Source: an uncultured Erysipelotrichaceae bacterium
Lineage (GTDB): Bacteria > Bacillota_I > Bacilli_A > RF39 > UBA660
Assembly: GCA_902801825.1 (NCBI GenBank)
Contig: CADCJS010000001.1
Span: forward strand, 40,872-104,871
DNA: 64,000 nt
Direction of reading: 5' to 3'
The position numbers and the translations under genes are program-made. A model generated the notes under the pieces. The model was not told the origin of the DNA, searched no databases, and saw nothing but the letters and a program-made list of their open reading frames with translations. The number at the start of each line of letters is the position of its first letter. Position 1 is the stretch's first letter. Positions 22,901 to 34,471 of the stretch are shown in pieces.

Positions 22901-23540
22901 TACTGATAAAGAAGTTCATGAACAAACTACAAATTATGGTGTTAAACTTAGAGTTGAAGTTGGAGATGAAGTTAAAGCTGGTGATATGCTTAATGAAGGA
23001 TCTATTTCTCCTAAAGAATTATTAGCAGTAACTGACCCAATAACAGTTCAAAATTATATAGTTCAAGAAGTACAAAAAGTATATAGTTCTCAAGGTGTTG
23101 ATATTTCAGATAAACATATTGAAATGATTGCTAGAAAAATGATTTCAAGAATTAGAATAGTAGATGCTGGAGATACTTCATTACTTGTTGGAAAAGTTGT
23201 ATCAATTAATAACTTTAGAGACGTTAATAAGAAAGTAATACTTGAAGGTAAAAAACCAGCTACTGGTAGACCAGTATTATTAGGTATAACAAAAGCATCA
23301 TTAGAAACAGATTCGTTCTTATCTGCTGCATCATTCCAAGAAACAACTAGAGTATTAACAGATGCTGCAATTAAAGGAAAAGTTGATGAATTAAAAGGAT
23401 TAAAAGAAAATGTTATCATTGGTAAATTAATCCCAGCAGGTACTGGATTAAAGAAATATTCAAATGATGAATATACAATGGTTAATGAATATTATGATGA
23501 AGAACCATTAGATGTTTTAGAAGAAGAATTAGTAGATTAA
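19914..23540 (+). CDS. rpoC: DNA-directed RNA polymerase beta' subunit
   Basis: 1208 aa with the NADFDGD catalytic motif. The start codon overlaps the rpoB stop. Confidence 0.98.
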   Translation: MDANKFEGLKISIASPEKIRKWSYGEVKKPETINYRTLKPEKDGLFCEKIFGPSKDYECSCGKYKRLRYKDIICDRCGVEVTSSKVRRERMGHIELATPVSHIWFFKGVPSRMGLVLDMSPRELEEVLYFVSYVVIDPGKAPLTKKQTLSDKEYRVYYEKYGDSFEVGMGAEAIKKLLQEVDIQEEINKLQKELEDAQEQKRVRLLKRLEILDAFNESGNKPEWMILDCIPVIPPELRPMIQLDGGRFATSDLNDLYRRVINRNNRLKKLLELNAPSIIVQNEKRMLQEAVDALFDNGRRGRNVTGPSNRALKSLSSMLKGKQGRFRQNLLGKRVDYSGRSVIVVGPNLKMYQCGIPKEMALELFKPHVIRGLVEKEIVHNIKSAKKMIENQDDRVWDIVEEVIQGHPVLLNRAPTLHRLGIQAFEPKLIDGKAIRLHPLVCPAFNADFDGDQMAVHVPLSLEAQAEAKILMLGSNNILKPSSGEPVVAPAQDMVLGNYFLSIEKKNDNEGRIFKNSNEALMAYERGELDLHTRIVVPVNSFHHKVFLDNQKDKYLITTIGKLTFNEILPDTYQYINEGTNENIEKATPDKYLVKMGTNLKEYINSLDLAEPIKKKNLVNIIAQIFKRYKTNETSQMLDALKDLGFKYSTLSGITMSLFDVVTSDKKEKIIEDGKNKVEQIAKQYKRGLITEDERYEKTLEVWSKAKEDVIEELANIANENSDNPVFIMMNSGARGSLDQFSQMAGMRGLMAKPNGKTVEIPITSNFKEGMSVSEYFLSTHGTRKGNVDTALKTANSGYLTRRLVDVVQDIVVKEADCGTIQGVLVKALVNEKDGSIIESLKQRIVGRFTNKKVINPKTKDLIIDKNEYITEQIADKIIAAGIEELEIRTTLTCKTHDGVCQKCYGRNLATNNIVEIGEAVGIMAAQSIGEPGTQLTMRTFHSGGVASGEDITQGLPRVEEVFEARIPKIKASVAEVAGKITNIENLNGKFKISISTDKEVHEQTTNYGVKLRVEVGDEVKAGDMLNEGSISPKELLAVTDPITVQNYIVQEVQKVYSSQGVDISDKHIEMIARKMISRIRIVDAGDTSLLVGKVVSINNFRDVNKKVILEGKKPATGRPVLLGITKASLETDSFLSAASFQETTRVLTDAAIKGKVDELKGLKENVIIGKLIPAGTGLKKYSNDEYTMVNEYYDEEPLDVLEEELVD

Positions 23541-23580
23541 TTCTTCTTTTTTTATGATATAATAATTCTTAGGTGATTTT

Positions 23581-24909
23581 ATGGATAAATCAATTGATTT
23601 TATTACAAGTAATATTGTTAATAATAGTACAATTGTAGTCGCAGTATCTGGTGGACCAGATTCAATTGTATTATTAAATATATTAAATAATTTAAAAGAA
23701 AAATATAATTACAAAATAGTATGTGCACATGTTAATCATAAATTAAGACAAGAAAGTGAAGAAGAAGAAATATTTGTAAAAAATATTTGTATAAATAATA
23801 ATATTATTTTTGAAAAAATAGATTTTGATACATATATAACTACAAATATTGAAAGTGAAGCACATGATAGAAGATATACTTTTTTTGAAGAAATAATAAA
23901 AAAATATAACTCTAATTATTTATTAACCGCGCATCATGGAGATGACTTAGTTGAAACTATTTTAATGAAATTAACTAGAGGTTCTTCATTAGATGGGTAT
24001 ATTGGTTTTAATAAAATTAGTAATAGAAATAATTATAAAATAATAAGACCTTTAATCTTTTATACTAAAGAAGAAATATTAAAATATGCAGATGATAATA
24101 ATATAGAGTATAGAATTGATAAAACTAATTTTGATAAAAAAATAACAAGGAATAGATATAGATTAAATATTTTACCTTTATTAAAAAAAGAAAATAATAA
24201 TATTCATTTAAAATATTTAAAATTTAGTGAAGAATTAGAAGAGAATAATGAATTTATTAGAGAATATATTAATGAAAGGTATTATATCATTATTAAAGAA
24301 AATGTTATAAATATTAAAGAATTAGTAAATGAAAAAACTTTTATTATAAAAAAAATAATTTATAAATTTTTATTAGAAAATTATAAAAATGAAATAAAAC
24401 TAATTAATGATAAACATATTGATAGTATTTTTAATTTGGTTAGTAATAAAAAATCAGGATTTATTTCATTACCAAGTAATAAGCAAATATATGTAAGTAG
24501 TGAAAGTATTTATTTTATAAATGATAAAAATAAGGAATCTTATAAATTATTATTAACAGAAGAAATGATAGATATTCCTTATGGAAAAATAGGAATTATA
24601 AAGGATACAAATCTTACTAATAATTATGTAACACATTTAGATAGTAATAATATTAAATTACCATTATATGTCAGAAATATTAAAGATAATGATTTTATTG
24701 AAGTATTAAATTTAAATGGAACAAAAAAAGTTAAAGATGTTTTAAAAGATTGTAAGGTTGATAAAGATAAAAGAGATAATTATCCTGTAGTGATAGATAG
24801 TAATAATAAAATTATTTTTATTCCAGGTTTAAAAAAATCAAAATATGATACATTAAAACAAGGAAAGTATGATATAATAGTATGGTATAACAAGGAGGAA
24901 AATAAATGA
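23581..24909 (+). CDS. tilS: tRNA(Ile)-lysidine synthase
   Basis: PP-loop SGGPDS. Sits upstream of ftsH. Confidence 0.9.
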   Translation: MDKSIDFITSNIVNNSTIVVAVSGGPDSIVLLNILNNLKEKYNYKIVCAHVNHKLRQESEEEEIFVKNICINNNIIFEKIDFDTYITTNIESEAHDRRYTFFEEIIKKYNSNYLLTAHHGDDLVETILMKLTRGSSLDGYIGFNKISNRNNYKIIRPLIFYTKEEILKYADDNNIEYRIDKTNFDKKITRNRYRLNILPLLKKENNNIHLKYLKFSEELEENNEFIREYINERYYIIIKENVINIKELVNEKTFIIKKIIYKFLLENYKNEIKLINDKHIDSIFNLVSNKKSGFISLPSNKQIYVSSESIYFINDKNKESYKLLLTEEMIDIPYGKIGIIKDTNLTNNYVTHLDSNNIKLPLYVRNIKDNDFIEVLNLNGTKKVKDVLKDCKVDKDKRDNYPVVIDSNNKIIFIPGLKKSKYDTLKQGKYDIIVWYNKEENK

Positions 24910-26765
24910 GTAAAAATACAAGAAAAAATATAAGTCCTTATTTAGCTTTAGCTATAATATTAATAGTTGTATATTTTATAAGTAGTACTTTTGGTACTAA
25001 TATTCATAAGATATCTTATAGTAAATTTCAAACTTATTTAAAGAAAGATAAAGTTGAAACAATAAATATTTCTACAAATGCTAAAGGTGGAACTTATGAT
25101 ATTACTGGTAAAATTAAAGGTTATAAAAATAATGAAAGTTATTATGTAATTGCACCTTTATCAGATGAAACTATGGTAGTTATAAATAAGTATCAAGATA
25201 AAAATAAAATAAAGGTAGATGTTAAATCAGATCCTACATCAGGATTATTCTTTACTTTTATAATAAATGTACTTCCATATTTATTAATTGGTGGAGCTTT
25301 ATTGTGGTTTTTAGGAAGACAATTATCTTCAAATAATAAATCAATGGATTTTGGTAAAAGTAGAGCAAAATTACAAAGTGACAAGAATAAAGTAACATTT
25401 GAAAATGTTGCAGGTTTAACTGAAGAAAAAGAAGAATTACAAGAATTAATAGATTTTTTAAAGAATCCAAAAAAATTTACTAAAATGGGAGCTAGAATAC
25501 CAAAAGGTGTATTATTAGTTGGTTCTCCAGGTACAGGTAAAACATTATTAGCAAAAGCAGTTGCTGGTGAAGCAAATGTACCATTTTATTATATAAGTGG
25601 TTCAGATTTCGTTGAATTATTTGTAGGTATTGGTGCATCACGTGTTAGAGATATGTTTAAACAAGCAAAACAATCCGCACCTTGTTTAATATTTATAGAT
25701 GAAATAGATGCTGTTGGTAGACAAAGAGGTACTGGTCTAGGTGGGGGACATGATGAAAGAGAACAAACATTAAATCAATTATTAACTGAAATGGATGGAT
25801 TTGGTTCAAATGAAGGAATAATCATAATTGCTGCAACTAATAGACCAGATGTATTAGATCCAGCATTATTAAGACCAGGAAGATTTGATAGACAAATTAC
25901 AGTTGGATTACCAGATAAAACTGAAAGAGAAGATATATTAAGAGTTCATGCAAAAGATAAAAAATTAGAAGAAGGTATTACTCTAGAAAATATTGCTAAA
26001 AGAACAGTTGGATTTAGTGGTGCAGATTTAGAAAATTTATTAAATGAAGCAGCATTATTAACTGTAAGAAGAGATAAAGAAGCTATAACAAGTGCTGAAA
26101 TAGATGAAGCATATGATAGAGTTATAATGGGACCGGCAAAAAGAACTAGAAAATATACTGATCATGAAAAGAAAGTTGTTGCTTATCATGAAGCAGGACA
26201 TGCTGTTGTAGGATTAAAATTAGATGGTGCAGATGATGTACAAAAAATAACTATTATTCCTAGAGGTCAAGCGGGTGGTTATAATTTAATGCTTCCTAAA
26301 GAAGAAAAATTCCTTGCAACTAAAAATGAATTATTAGATAAAATTAGTGGTTATTTAGGTGGTAGAGTTTCTGAAGAATTTATATTTAATGAAGTTACTA
26401 CAGGAGCTTCTAATGATTTTGAAAAAGCAACTAAAATCGCAAGAGCAATGGTTACTGAATATGGAATGAGTGAACTTGGACCTATTCAATTAGAAGAGGG
26501 AGAATCAAGTGTATTCTTAGGAAGAGATTATAATAAAATTAAGAATTTCTCATCACAAGTCGCTTATCAAATAGATGAAGAAGTAAGAAAAATAATTTCA
26601 GAACAATATGAAATTACTAAAAAAATCATAAAAGATAATAAAGATTTATTAGATTTAATCGCTAATAAATTAATTGATCAAGAAACTTTAACAAAAGAAG
26701 AAATAGATGAATTAGTTTCAAACTATAAAAATAAGCCTAAATCTAAAAAGAAAACAAATAATTAA
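24906..26765 (+). CDS. ftsH: ATP-dependent zinc metalloprotease FtsH
   Basis: Two TM helices, Walker A GSPGTGKT, second region of homology, and HEAGHA zinc site. Confidence 0.97.
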   Translation: MSKNTRKNISPYLALAIILIVVYFISSTFGTNIHKISYSKFQTYLKKDKVETINISTNAKGGTYDITGKIKGYKNNESYYVIAPLSDETMVVINKYQDKNKIKVDVKSDPTSGLFFTFIINVLPYLLIGGALLWFLGRQLSSNNKSMDFGKSRAKLQSDKNKVTFENVAGLTEEKEELQELIDFLKNPKKFTKMGARIPKGVLLVGSPGTGKTLLAKAVAGEANVPFYYISGSDFVELFVGIGASRVRDMFKQAKQSAPCLIFIDEIDAVGRQRGTGLGGGHDEREQTLNQLLTEMDGFGSNEGIIIIAATNRPDVLDPALLRPGRFDRQITVGLPDKTEREDILRVHAKDKKLEEGITLENIAKRTVGFSGADLENLLNEAALLTVRRDKEAITSAEIDEAYDRVIMGPAKRTRKYTDHEKKVVAYHEAGHAVVGLKLDGADDVQKITIIPRGQAGGYNLMLPKEEKFLATKNELLDKISGYLGGRVSEEFIFNEVTTGASNDFEKATKIARAMVTEYGMSELGPIQLEEGESSVFLGRDYNKIKNFSSQVAYQIDEEVRKIISEQYEITKKIIKDNKDLLDLIANKLIDQETLTKEEIDELVSNYKNKPKSKKKTNN

Positions 26766-26819
26766 TTGATTATTTGTTTTTTTTATAATAAAATATACTT
26801 AATTTGGTGGTTTGATAAT

Positions 26820-27389
26820 ATGAAAATAAAAAAGGTAAAAGATGTATTTATGAGAGAAGTAATAGATAGTGAAATAAATACATATTTAAATGATGAATTA
26901 AATGCTTTTGTTACAATTAAAAATATTAAAAAAACAAAAGGAAAAAGCATATTAACGTGTGTTAATAAAAAAATAGTATTTGTTGATGATAATTACTTTA
27001 TAATTGAGTATTCTCCAATAGAAGAAAACTATAATGTTAGAATTTTTATTAATGATAAAGGAGAAATAATACAATATTATTTTGATATAGTTAATAAGTT
27101 TATATATAAAGATGATGAAATATATTATGAAGACTTATATTTAGATGTTACATATAACTCAAATATTATTACCACTAATAAGAAAAATAAAATAAAATTA
27201 CTTGATCAAAGTGATTTATATATGGCTTATTTAAATTATGATATCTCAAGTGAAGAATATAATTTGGCATATAGAACTGCATATAAAATAATTAATGAAT
27301 TAGAGTATAAGAAAAATATATTTTATAATAGAGGATTAATTGATTATTATGATTATAAAAATAATAAAAAACTAGTAAAAAAACATTGA
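26820..27389 (+). CDS. Hypothetical cytoplasmic protein (possibly DUF402-like)
   Basis: 190-codon ORF with ordinary amino-acid composition. Start chosen at the ATG after GGTGG. No motif I can name with certainty. Confidence 0.5.
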   Translation: MKIKKVKDVFMREVIDSEINTYLNDELNAFVTIKNIKKTKGKSILTCVNKKIVFVDDNYFIIEYSPIEENYNVRIFINDKGEIIQYYFDIVNKFIYKDDEIYYEDLYLDVTYNSNIITTNKKNKIKLLDQSDLYMAYLNYDISSEEYNLAYRTAYKIINELEYKKNIFYNRGLIDYYDYKNNKKLVKKH

Positions 27390-27510
27390 CATTTTAAGGT
27401 TTATAATGTTATATTAGTATTGCTGATTTATTAGAGTTTTGTTTTATGCAAAACTTTAATTTATATCAAAAATGAAACACCAGGTAGTGTGTTAAGAAAG
27501 GAGTAATAAA

Positions 27511-27930
27511 ATGCCTACTATTAATCAGTTAGTTAGAAAAAATCGTAAAGATAAAGTTAGAAAGAGTAAATCACCTGTTTTAAATGTTAGATTAAATAGT
27601 TTAACTAAAAAAACAAGAAATTTATCTTCTCCTCAAAAACGTGGAGTATGTACTCGTGTTGGTGTTACTACACCTAAAAAACCAAACTCAGCATTACGTA
27701 AATATGCTCGTGTTAAATTAAGTAATGGAAGAGAGGTTAATGCATACATTCCAGGTGAAGGACATAACTTACAAGAACATAGTGTTGTTTTAATTCGTGG
27801 AGGACGTGTTAAAGACTTAATCGGTGTACGTTATCATGTAATTAGAGGAACTTTAGATACTGCTGGAGTTCAAGATAGAAAACAAGGTCGTTCTAAATAC
27901 GGTGCTAAAAAACCTAAATCAAATAAATAA
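27511..27930 (+). CDS. rpsL: 30S ribosomal protein S12
   Basis: Canonical S12 ([19 protein letters not shown]). The motif reads KDLIGVRY rather than KDLPGVRY. Confidence 0.97.
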   Translation: MPTINQLVRKNRKDKVRKSKSPVLNVRLNSLTKKTRNLSSPQKRGVCTRVGVTTPKKPNSALRKYARVKLSNGREVNAYIPGEGHNLQEHSVVLIRGGRVKDLIGVRYHVIRGTLDTAGVQDRKQGRSKYGAKKPKSNK

Positions 27931-27945
27931 TGAAAGGAGATATTT

Positions 27946-28413
27946 ATGAGAAAAAGACATTCATTTAAAAGAGATGTACTTGCTGATCCAATATATAACA
28001 CAAAAACTGTTACTAAATTAATTAACAGAATTATGTTAGATGGAAAAAGAGGAAAAGCACAAAAAATCGTTTATAAAGCTTTCGATTTAGTTCAAAGCAA
28101 ATTAAATGAAAATCCAAATGATGTATTTACTAAAGCAATGGAAAACATTACCCCTTCTTTAGAAGTTAAATCTAGAAGAGTTGGTGGATCAAATGTACAA
28201 GTTCCAATTGAAGTATCTGCAACAAGAGGTGAAACATTAGCTTTACGTTGGTTAGTTAATGCTTCTAGAGCTAGAGGCGGAAAATCAATGGCTGAAAAAT
28301 TAGCTAATGAAATTATAGATGCTGCAAATGAAACAGGAGCTGCATTTAAGAAAAAAGAAGATGTTCATAAAATGGCAGAAGCTAATAAAGCATTTGCTCA
28401 TTATAGATGGTAA
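27946..28413 (+). CDS. rpsG: 30S ribosomal protein S7
   Basis: 155 aa of canonical S7. Confidence 0.97.
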   Translation: MRKRHSFKRDVLADPIYNTKTVTKLINRIMLDGKRGKAQKIVYKAFDLVQSKLNENPNDVFTKAMENITPSLEVKSRRVGGSNVQVPIEVSATRGETLALRWLVNASRARGGKSMAEKLANEIIDAANETGAAFKKKEDVHKMAEANKAFAHYRW

Positions 28414-28427
28414 GAAAGGAATAAATT

Positions 28428-30500
28428 ATGGCTCGTGAATATTCGTTAGAAAAAACAAGAAACTTTGGAATAATGGCTCACATAGATGCTGGTAAAACAA
28501 CTACTACTGAGCGTATATTATTTCTTACACATAGAATTCATAAAATTGGTGAAACACATGATGGTGAATCACAAATGGACTGGATGGATCAAGAAAAAGA
28601 AAGAGGTATAACTATTACATCTGCTGCTACTACTGCATTCTGGGATGGTTATAGACTTAATATTATCGATACTCCAGGACACGTTGATTTTACTGTTGAA
28701 GTATCTAGATCTTTAAGAGTATTAGATGGTGCTGTTGCATTATTAGATGCACAAGCAGGTGTTGAACCACAAACAGAAACAGTTTGGAGACAAGCTACAG
28801 AGTTTAAAGTACCTAGAATTATTTGCTGTAATAAAATGGGTAAAATAGGTGCAGACTTTGCTTATAGTTTAAAAACTATAAAAGATAGATTAGGAGTTAA
28901 TGCTAAACCTATTCAATGGCCAATTGGTTCAGGAAATGAATTTAATGGTGTTATTGATTTACTAGAAATGAAAGCTTATCATTATGAAGGTGATGATAAT
29001 GAAACAACTACTGAAATTGAAATACCTGAAGAATTAAAAGATATTGCTACAGAAAAAAGAGCAGAATTAATCGATTCAATTGTTGAATTTGATGATGAAA
29101 TAATGGAAAAATATCTTGGCGGAGAAGAATTAACTCTAGAAGAAATTAAAAAATGTATTAGAAAAGGAACATTAGCCGCAGAATTCTTCCCAGTATTATG
29201 TTCAGATGCATTAGGTAATATGGGAGTTAGATTCTTATTAAATGCTGTTATTGATTATTTACCAGCTCCAACTGATATTGCTTCAGTTAAAGGAACAGAT
29301 ATGAATGGTAATGAAATTGAAAGACATCCATCAGATAATGAACCATTTAGTGCATTAGCATTCAAAGTAATGACTGATCCTTTTGTTGGAAAATTAACAT
29401 TCTTTAGAGTTTACTCAGGAAAATTAAGTAGTGGTTCTTATGTACTTAACTCAAGTAAAGATACTAAAGAAAGAGTTGGACGTATATTACAAATGCATGC
29501 TAACTCAAGAACAGAAATATCAGAAGTTTATACTGGTGATATAGCTGCTGCAGTTGGTTTAAAAAATACTACAACTGGTAATACCTTATGTGATGAAAAA
29601 CATGCATGTATACTTGAATCAATGGAATTTCCTGATCCAGTTATTGAATTAACTGTTGAACCAAAATCAAAAGCTGACCAAGAAAAAATGGGTATTGCTC
29701 TTCAAAAACTTGCTGAAGAAGATCCAACATTTAAAGCTTCTACTAATGTAGAAACTGGTCAAACTATTATTGCTGGTATGGGTGAACTTCATCTTGATAT
29801 TATTGTTGATAGAATGAAGAGAGAATTTAATGTTGAATGTAACGTAGGAGCTCCACAAGTTGCTTACAGAGAAACTATTACAGTTGCTGGCGATTGTGAA
29901 GGTAAATATATTAAACAATCAGGTGGACGTGGACAATACGGACATGTTTGGATTAAATTTGAACCAAATAAAGATAAAGGTTATGAATTCGTTGATGCTA
30001 TCGTTGGTGGTGTAGTTCCTAGAGAATATATACCAGTAACTGATAAAGGTCTACAAGAAGCTATGCAAACTGGTATTCTTGCTGGATATCCAATGATAGA
30101 TATTAAAGCAACATTATTTGATGGTTCATATCATGATGTAGACTCATCAGAAATGGCATTTAAAATTGCTGCTTCAATGGCTTTAAAAGAAGCTAAGAAT
30201 AAATGTAAACCTGTATTACTAGAACCAATAATGAACGTTGCAATTACAGTTCCAGAAGAATACTTAGGAAGTGTTATGGGTGATGTTACTTCAAGACGTG
30301 GTAAACCAATGGGTCAAGAATCAATTGGTAATGCTCTTAGAATATCTGCAATGGTTCCATTATCAGAAATGTTTGGTTATGTAACTACATTAAGAAGTAA
30401 TACACAAGGAAGAGGAACATATCAAATGACATTCGATCACTATGAAGAAGTTCCAAGAAATATTACCGAAGAAATAATCAAAAAAAATGGTAAAAATTAA
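28428..30500 (+). CDS. fusA: Elongation factor G
   Basis: 690 aa with G1 AHIDAGKTT and G3 DTPGH. G4 reads NKMG and the G5 region reads CSDALG (atypical). Canonical str-operon position. Confidence 0.95.
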   Translation: MAREYSLEKTRNFGIMAHIDAGKTTTTERILFLTHRIHKIGETHDGESQMDWMDQEKERGITITSAATTAFWDGYRLNIIDTPGHVDFTVEVSRSLRVLDGAVALLDAQAGVEPQTETVWRQATEFKVPRIICCNKMGKIGADFAYSLKTIKDRLGVNAKPIQWPIGSGNEFNGVIDLLEMKAYHYEGDDNETTTEIEIPEELKDIATEKRAELIDSIVEFDDEIMEKYLGGEELTLEEIKKCIRKGTLAAEFFPVLCSDALGNMGVRFLLNAVIDYLPAPTDIASVKGTDMNGNEIERHPSDNEPFSALAFKVMTDPFVGKLTFFRVYSGKLSSGSYVLNSSKDTKERVGRILQMHANSRTEISEVYTGDIAAAVGLKNTTTGNTLCDEKHACILESMEFPDPVIELTVEPKSKADQEKMGIALQKLAEEDPTFKASTNVETGQTIIAGMGELHLDIIVDRMKREFNVECNVGAPQVAYRETITVAGDCEGKYIKQSGGRGQYGHVWIKFEPNKDKGYEFVDAIVGGVVPREYIPVTDKGLQEAMQTGILAGYPMIDIKATLFDGSYHDVDSSEMAFKIAASMALKEAKNKCKPVLLEPIMNVAITVPEEYLGSVMGDVTSRRGKPMGQESIGNALRISAMVPLSEMFGYVTTLRSNTQGRGTYQMTFDHYEEVPRNITEEIIKKNGKN

Positions 30501-30580
30501 TATAATATTTGAATAATACTTGATATTTTTTCAAGAATTAGATAAAATAATTTTGTACATTAAAAAAGGAGGAAATTTAA

Positions 30581-31765
30581 ATGGCAAAAGAAAAATTTAA
30601 TCGTGCTAAACCACATGTAAATATTGGTACAATTGGACACGTAGACCATGGTAAAACTACTTTATCTGCTGCTATTTCTAAAAGACAAGCAGAAAAAGGT
30701 TTAGGTCAATTTAAAGATTACGCTGATATCGATGGTACTCCAGAAGAAAGAACAAGAGGAATTACTATCACTACAGCACACATTGAATATGAAACTGAAA
30801 AACGTCACTATGCACACGTTGACTGTCCAGGACATGCTGACTATGTTAAAAACATGATCACTGGTGCAGCTCAAATGGATGGAGCTATCTTAGTTATAGC
30901 TGCTACTGATGGTGCTATGGCACAAACTAGAGAACATATCTTACTTGCTCACCAAGTTGGTGTTCCTAGAATCGTTGTATTCATTAACAAATGTGATATG
31001 GTTGACGATCCAGAAATGTTAGAATTAATTGAAATGGACGTTAGAGAATTATTATCTAAATATGGATATGATGGAGACAATACACCATTTGTTTATGGTT
31101 CTGCATTAAAAGCTCTTGAAGGAGATCCAAAATATGTAGAAAAAATTGACGAATTAATGGATATTATTGATGAATACATCCCAACTCCAGAAAGAGATGT
31201 TGATAAACCATTCTTAATGAGTATCGAAGATGTATTCACTATCACAGGACGTGGTACAGTTGTTACTGGTCGTGTTGAAAGAGGAAGATTAAATATTAAC
31301 GAAGAAGTTGAAATCGTTGGTATTAAAGAAACTAAAAAAACAGTTGCTACAGGTATCGAAATGTTCAGAAAACAATTAGATTACGCTGAAGCTGGAGATA
31401 ATGCTGGTGTATTACTTCGTGGTATTAACAGAGATGACGTTGAAAGAGGTCAAGTTCTTGCTAAACCAGGATCAGTTACTCCACATACTAACTTCGAATG
31501 CCAAGTTTATGTACTTGCTAAAGAAGAAGGTGGAAGACATACTCCATTCTTTACAAATTATCGTCCACAATTCTATTTTAGAACTACAGACGTAACTGGT
31601 ACTGTAACATTACCAGAAGGAACTGAAATGGTTATGCCAGGTGATAATGTTTCAATGACTGTTGAATTAATTTCACCAATCGCACTTGAAGAAGGAACTG
31701 AATTCTCAATCAGAGAAGGCGGAAGAACTGTTGGTGCTGGTAAAGTTACTAAAATAATTAAATAA
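30581..31765 (+). CDS. tuf: Elongation factor Tu
   Basis: 394 aa with [18 protein letters not shown] and SAL motifs, all canonical. Confidence 0.98.
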   Translation: MAKEKFNRAKPHVNIGTIGHVDHGKTTLSAAISKRQAEKGLGQFKDYADIDGTPEERTRGITITTAHIEYETEKRHYAHVDCPGHADYVKNMITGAAQMDGAILVIAATDGAMAQTREHILLAHQVGVPRIVVFINKCDMVDDPEMLELIEMDVRELLSKYGYDGDNTPFVYGSALKALEGDPKYVEKIDELMDIIDEYIPTPERDVDKPFLMSIEDVFTITGRGTVVTGRVERGRLNINEEVEIVGIKETKKTVATGIEMFRKQLDYAEAGDNAGVLLRGINRDDVERGQVLAKPGSVTPHTNFECQVYVLAKEEGGRHTPFFTNYRPQFYFRTTDVTGTVTLPEGTEMVMPGDNVSMTVELISPIALEEGTEFSIREGGRTVGAGKVTKIIK

Positions 31766-31768
31766 TTA

Positions 31769-31797
31769 AAGAAAGCAATTAAGCTTTCTTTTTTTTT
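31769..31797 (+). terminator. Intrinsic terminator after tuf
   Basis: AAGAAAGC-N6-GCTTTCTT hairpin followed by a T-run. Confidence 0.75.
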
Positions 31798-31812
31798 GCA
31801 AAAAAAAACCAG

Positions 31813-33078
31813 TTATAAAACAGGTTCATTTAACCATTCAATAACTGGATTTATTTTTTTATAAGTTGATGTTTTATTCTTATTAATAATTAAACTAAAC
31901 TCTCCTAAATATTCTTCAATATGTGCTCCAAATCCAAGTTTAAATCTAGTTAATCCTAAGTATTCTGAATTCTTATTAAAGTCTAATGAAATTCCATTTA
32001 GATTAAATCTATTATAACCTTCTTGATGATATTTATTCATTAATTGATATATAACATAATGATTCGCACAATATGATTTATATTCACTATTTATTCCATC
32101 TATTAAGAAATATATTTCATTATTATATTTAATAATAACAGTAGCGCTAACAATTATTCCAGTAGGATTTTCCTTATATAAATCAGTTGCTAATACCATA
32201 TTTTTTTTATAATTATTTAATAAGCTATCTGAATACATTTTTCTCTTTATTATATTATTTGTATTATTACTATTTATATTTTCTTCTAATTCTTGATTAA
32301 TATCATTATTTCTTTTTTCTTCTTCTTCAAATAATTGTTTACTTTTTTCTATGTATTTAGTAGTATTAATTACTCCAAAATATAATTCAAACATATCTGA
32401 ATTACCAAATATTTCAAACATGTCTAAATAATAATTTAATTTTCTTTTTTCATTTTTATATTTAATAATATTATAAAATTGTTTAATATCTTGTGGAGTA
32501 CCTTTAACAACTTCTATACCTTTTTTTTCTGCTTTTCTAATTTTATTTCTAATTTCTTTAGTATATTTATTAAATACTATGTCATCTTTATTTAATGTAG
32601 TAACGGCACATGTTCTAGGTTTTATGTTTTCAAAATTAAGATTAAATCCACTATGTTCATATCCTAATGATACTAAATTTTCTAATATTTTTGTATTATT
32701 AATTTCATTTGTTATTTCACCTTTATTATTTCTTGATCTATATATAATATCTGGATCAATCTTAACAAACATAAAATTTCTTCTTTTTAAATATAATTTT
32801 AATTTTTCAGTAAATATACTTAATAAATTAAAATCATTATAATCTATTAAATATCCCCTTGGACAGTAACCCCATTTATATCCTATAAATACTTTATTAA
32901 CAAGAATTAATGTTGCGGCTAATATGTTATTATTATCATCAATTAATCCTAAATAATAATCATCAAAATTATGTCTATCCATTAAAGTACCATATTCAAC
33001 AGTTTGATTAAAATTTTTAATGTTATAATTTTTAGAAAAATTTTCAAATTGTTCATTAGTTAATTGTACTATTTCCAT
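31813..33078 (-). CDS. FemAB-family peptidoglycan interpeptide-bridge aminoacyltransferase
   Basis: 421 aa. The two-lobe length with a central coiled-coil insertion (EEEKRNNDINQELEEN) is typical of FemA/FemB/FemX. Confidence 0.75.
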   Translation of the reverse strand: MEIVQLTNEQFENFSKNYNIKNFNQTVEYGTLMDRHNFDDYYLGLIDDNNNILAATLILVNKVFIGYKWGYCPRGYLIDYNDFNLLSIFTEKLKLYLKRRNFMFVKIDPDIIYRSRNNKGEITNEINNTKILENLVSLGYEHSGFNLNFENIKPRTCAVTTLNKDDIVFNKYTKEIRNKIRKAEKKGIEVVKGTPQDIKQFYNIIKYKNEKRKLNYYLDMFEIFGNSDMFELYFGVINTTKYIEKSKQLFEEEEKRNNDINQELEENINSNNTNNIIKRKMYSDSLLNNYKKNMVLATDLYKENPTGIIVSATVIIKYNNEIYFLIDGINSEYKSYCANHYVIYQLMNKYHQEGYNRFNLNGISLDFNKNSEYLGLTRFKLGFGAHIEEYLGEFSLIINKNKTSTYKKINPVIEWLNEPVL

Positions 33079-33181
33079 ATCATCACCTATTTATATAATT
33101 ATAACATATTAAAAGTAAAATTTTGTATAATAAATATATTTTTATTAAAAAATATATTATAATTATAATAGGAGTGATACT

Positions 33182-34426
33182 ATGGGTAAGATAAATAATA
33201 TATATGCTCGTGAAATTATTGATTCTAGAGGTAATCCAACTATTGAAGTATATGTTTATACAGATAAAGCAGTTGGTAAAGCTAGTGTACCTTCTGGAGC
33301 ATCTACTGGTTCAAAAGAAGCATTAGAGTTAAGAGATAATGATAATAATAGATATTTAGGTAAAGGAGTTTTAAAAGCTATTAATAATGTTAATACAGAG
33401 ATTAAGAATAAACTATTAGGTATAGAAGTAACAAATCAAGAACTAATAGATGATTTATTAATAAAACTAGATGGTACTAAAAATAAATCAAGATTAGGAG
33501 CTAATGCTATTTTAGGTGTATCTTTAGCGTGTATAAAAGCTTCTGCTATAGAAAATAATATGGAATTATATGAATATGTTAGTAAAAAATATAATACTAA
33601 TTATTATATGCCTTATCCAATAATGAATATTATTAATGGAAATATGCATGCGGATAATAATTTAGATTTTCAAGAATTTCATATTATACCATTACAAAAA
33701 ACAATAAAAGAAAGAATTAGAACAAGTAGTGAAATATATAATAATTTAAAAATATTATTAAAAAATGATAATAAAGGAACAAATATAGGTGATGAAGGTG
33801 GATTCGCGCCTAATTTATCATCAAATATAGAAGCCTTAGACTATATATTAAAAGCAATAATAATATCTAATTATAAGCCATATGATGATGTTATGATAGG
33901 TATAGATGCTGCTGCAAGTTATTTATATGATAAGAATAAAGAATTATATAAAGTAGATAATAATTATATTAATAGTGAAGAATTATTAAATTATTACAAA
34001 AATATAGTTGATAATTATCCAATATTATGTATTGAAGATCCATTTGATGAAAATGATAAAGATTCTTTTAAAATGATTAATAAGGAATTAGGTAATAAAA
34101 TAATGATTGTTGGAGATGACTTATATGCAACTAATAAAGAATTATTACAAGAAGGAATAAATAATAATCTTACTAATTCTATACTTATTAAATTTAATCA
34201 AATTGGTACTGTTACTGAAACATTAAATACTATCTCATTAGCAAAAAACTATAATTTTAATAATATTATTTCTCATAGAAGCGGAGAAACTGATGATACA
34301 TTTATATCAGATTTTTGTGTAGGTTTAGGAATAAGGTTTATAAAAGCTGGACCTTTATGTCGCCTAGAAAGAGTTATTAAGTACAATAGATTAGTAAAAA
34401 TAGAAGAAGAATTAAATAATAAATAA
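33182..34426 (+). CDS. eno: Enolase (phosphopyruvate hydratase)
   Basis: ARE(I)IDSRGNPT, DDLYATN, IKFNQIGTVTET and SHRSGETDD motifs. Confidence 0.93.
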   Translation: MGKINNIYAREIIDSRGNPTIEVYVYTDKAVGKASVPSGASTGSKEALELRDNDNNRYLGKGVLKAINNVNTEIKNKLLGIEVTNQELIDDLLIKLDGTKNKSRLGANAILGVSLACIKASAIENNMELYEYVSKKYNTNYYMPYPIMNIINGNMHADNNLDFQEFHIIPLQKTIKERIRTSSEIYNNLKILLKNDNKGTNIGDEGGFAPNLSSNIEALDYILKAIIISNYKPYDDVMIGIDAAASYLYDKNKELYKVDNNYINSEELLNYYKNIVDNYPILCIEDPFDENDKDSFKMINKELGNKIMIVGDDLYATNKELLQEGINNNLTNSILIKFNQIGTVTETLNTISLAKNYNFNNIISHRSGETDDTFISDFCVGLGIRFIKAGPLCRLERVIKYNRLVKIEEELNNK

Positions 34427-34471
34427 TATTTTATTCATAGTTTGAATATACTTTTATAAAGGAGAAAAACT

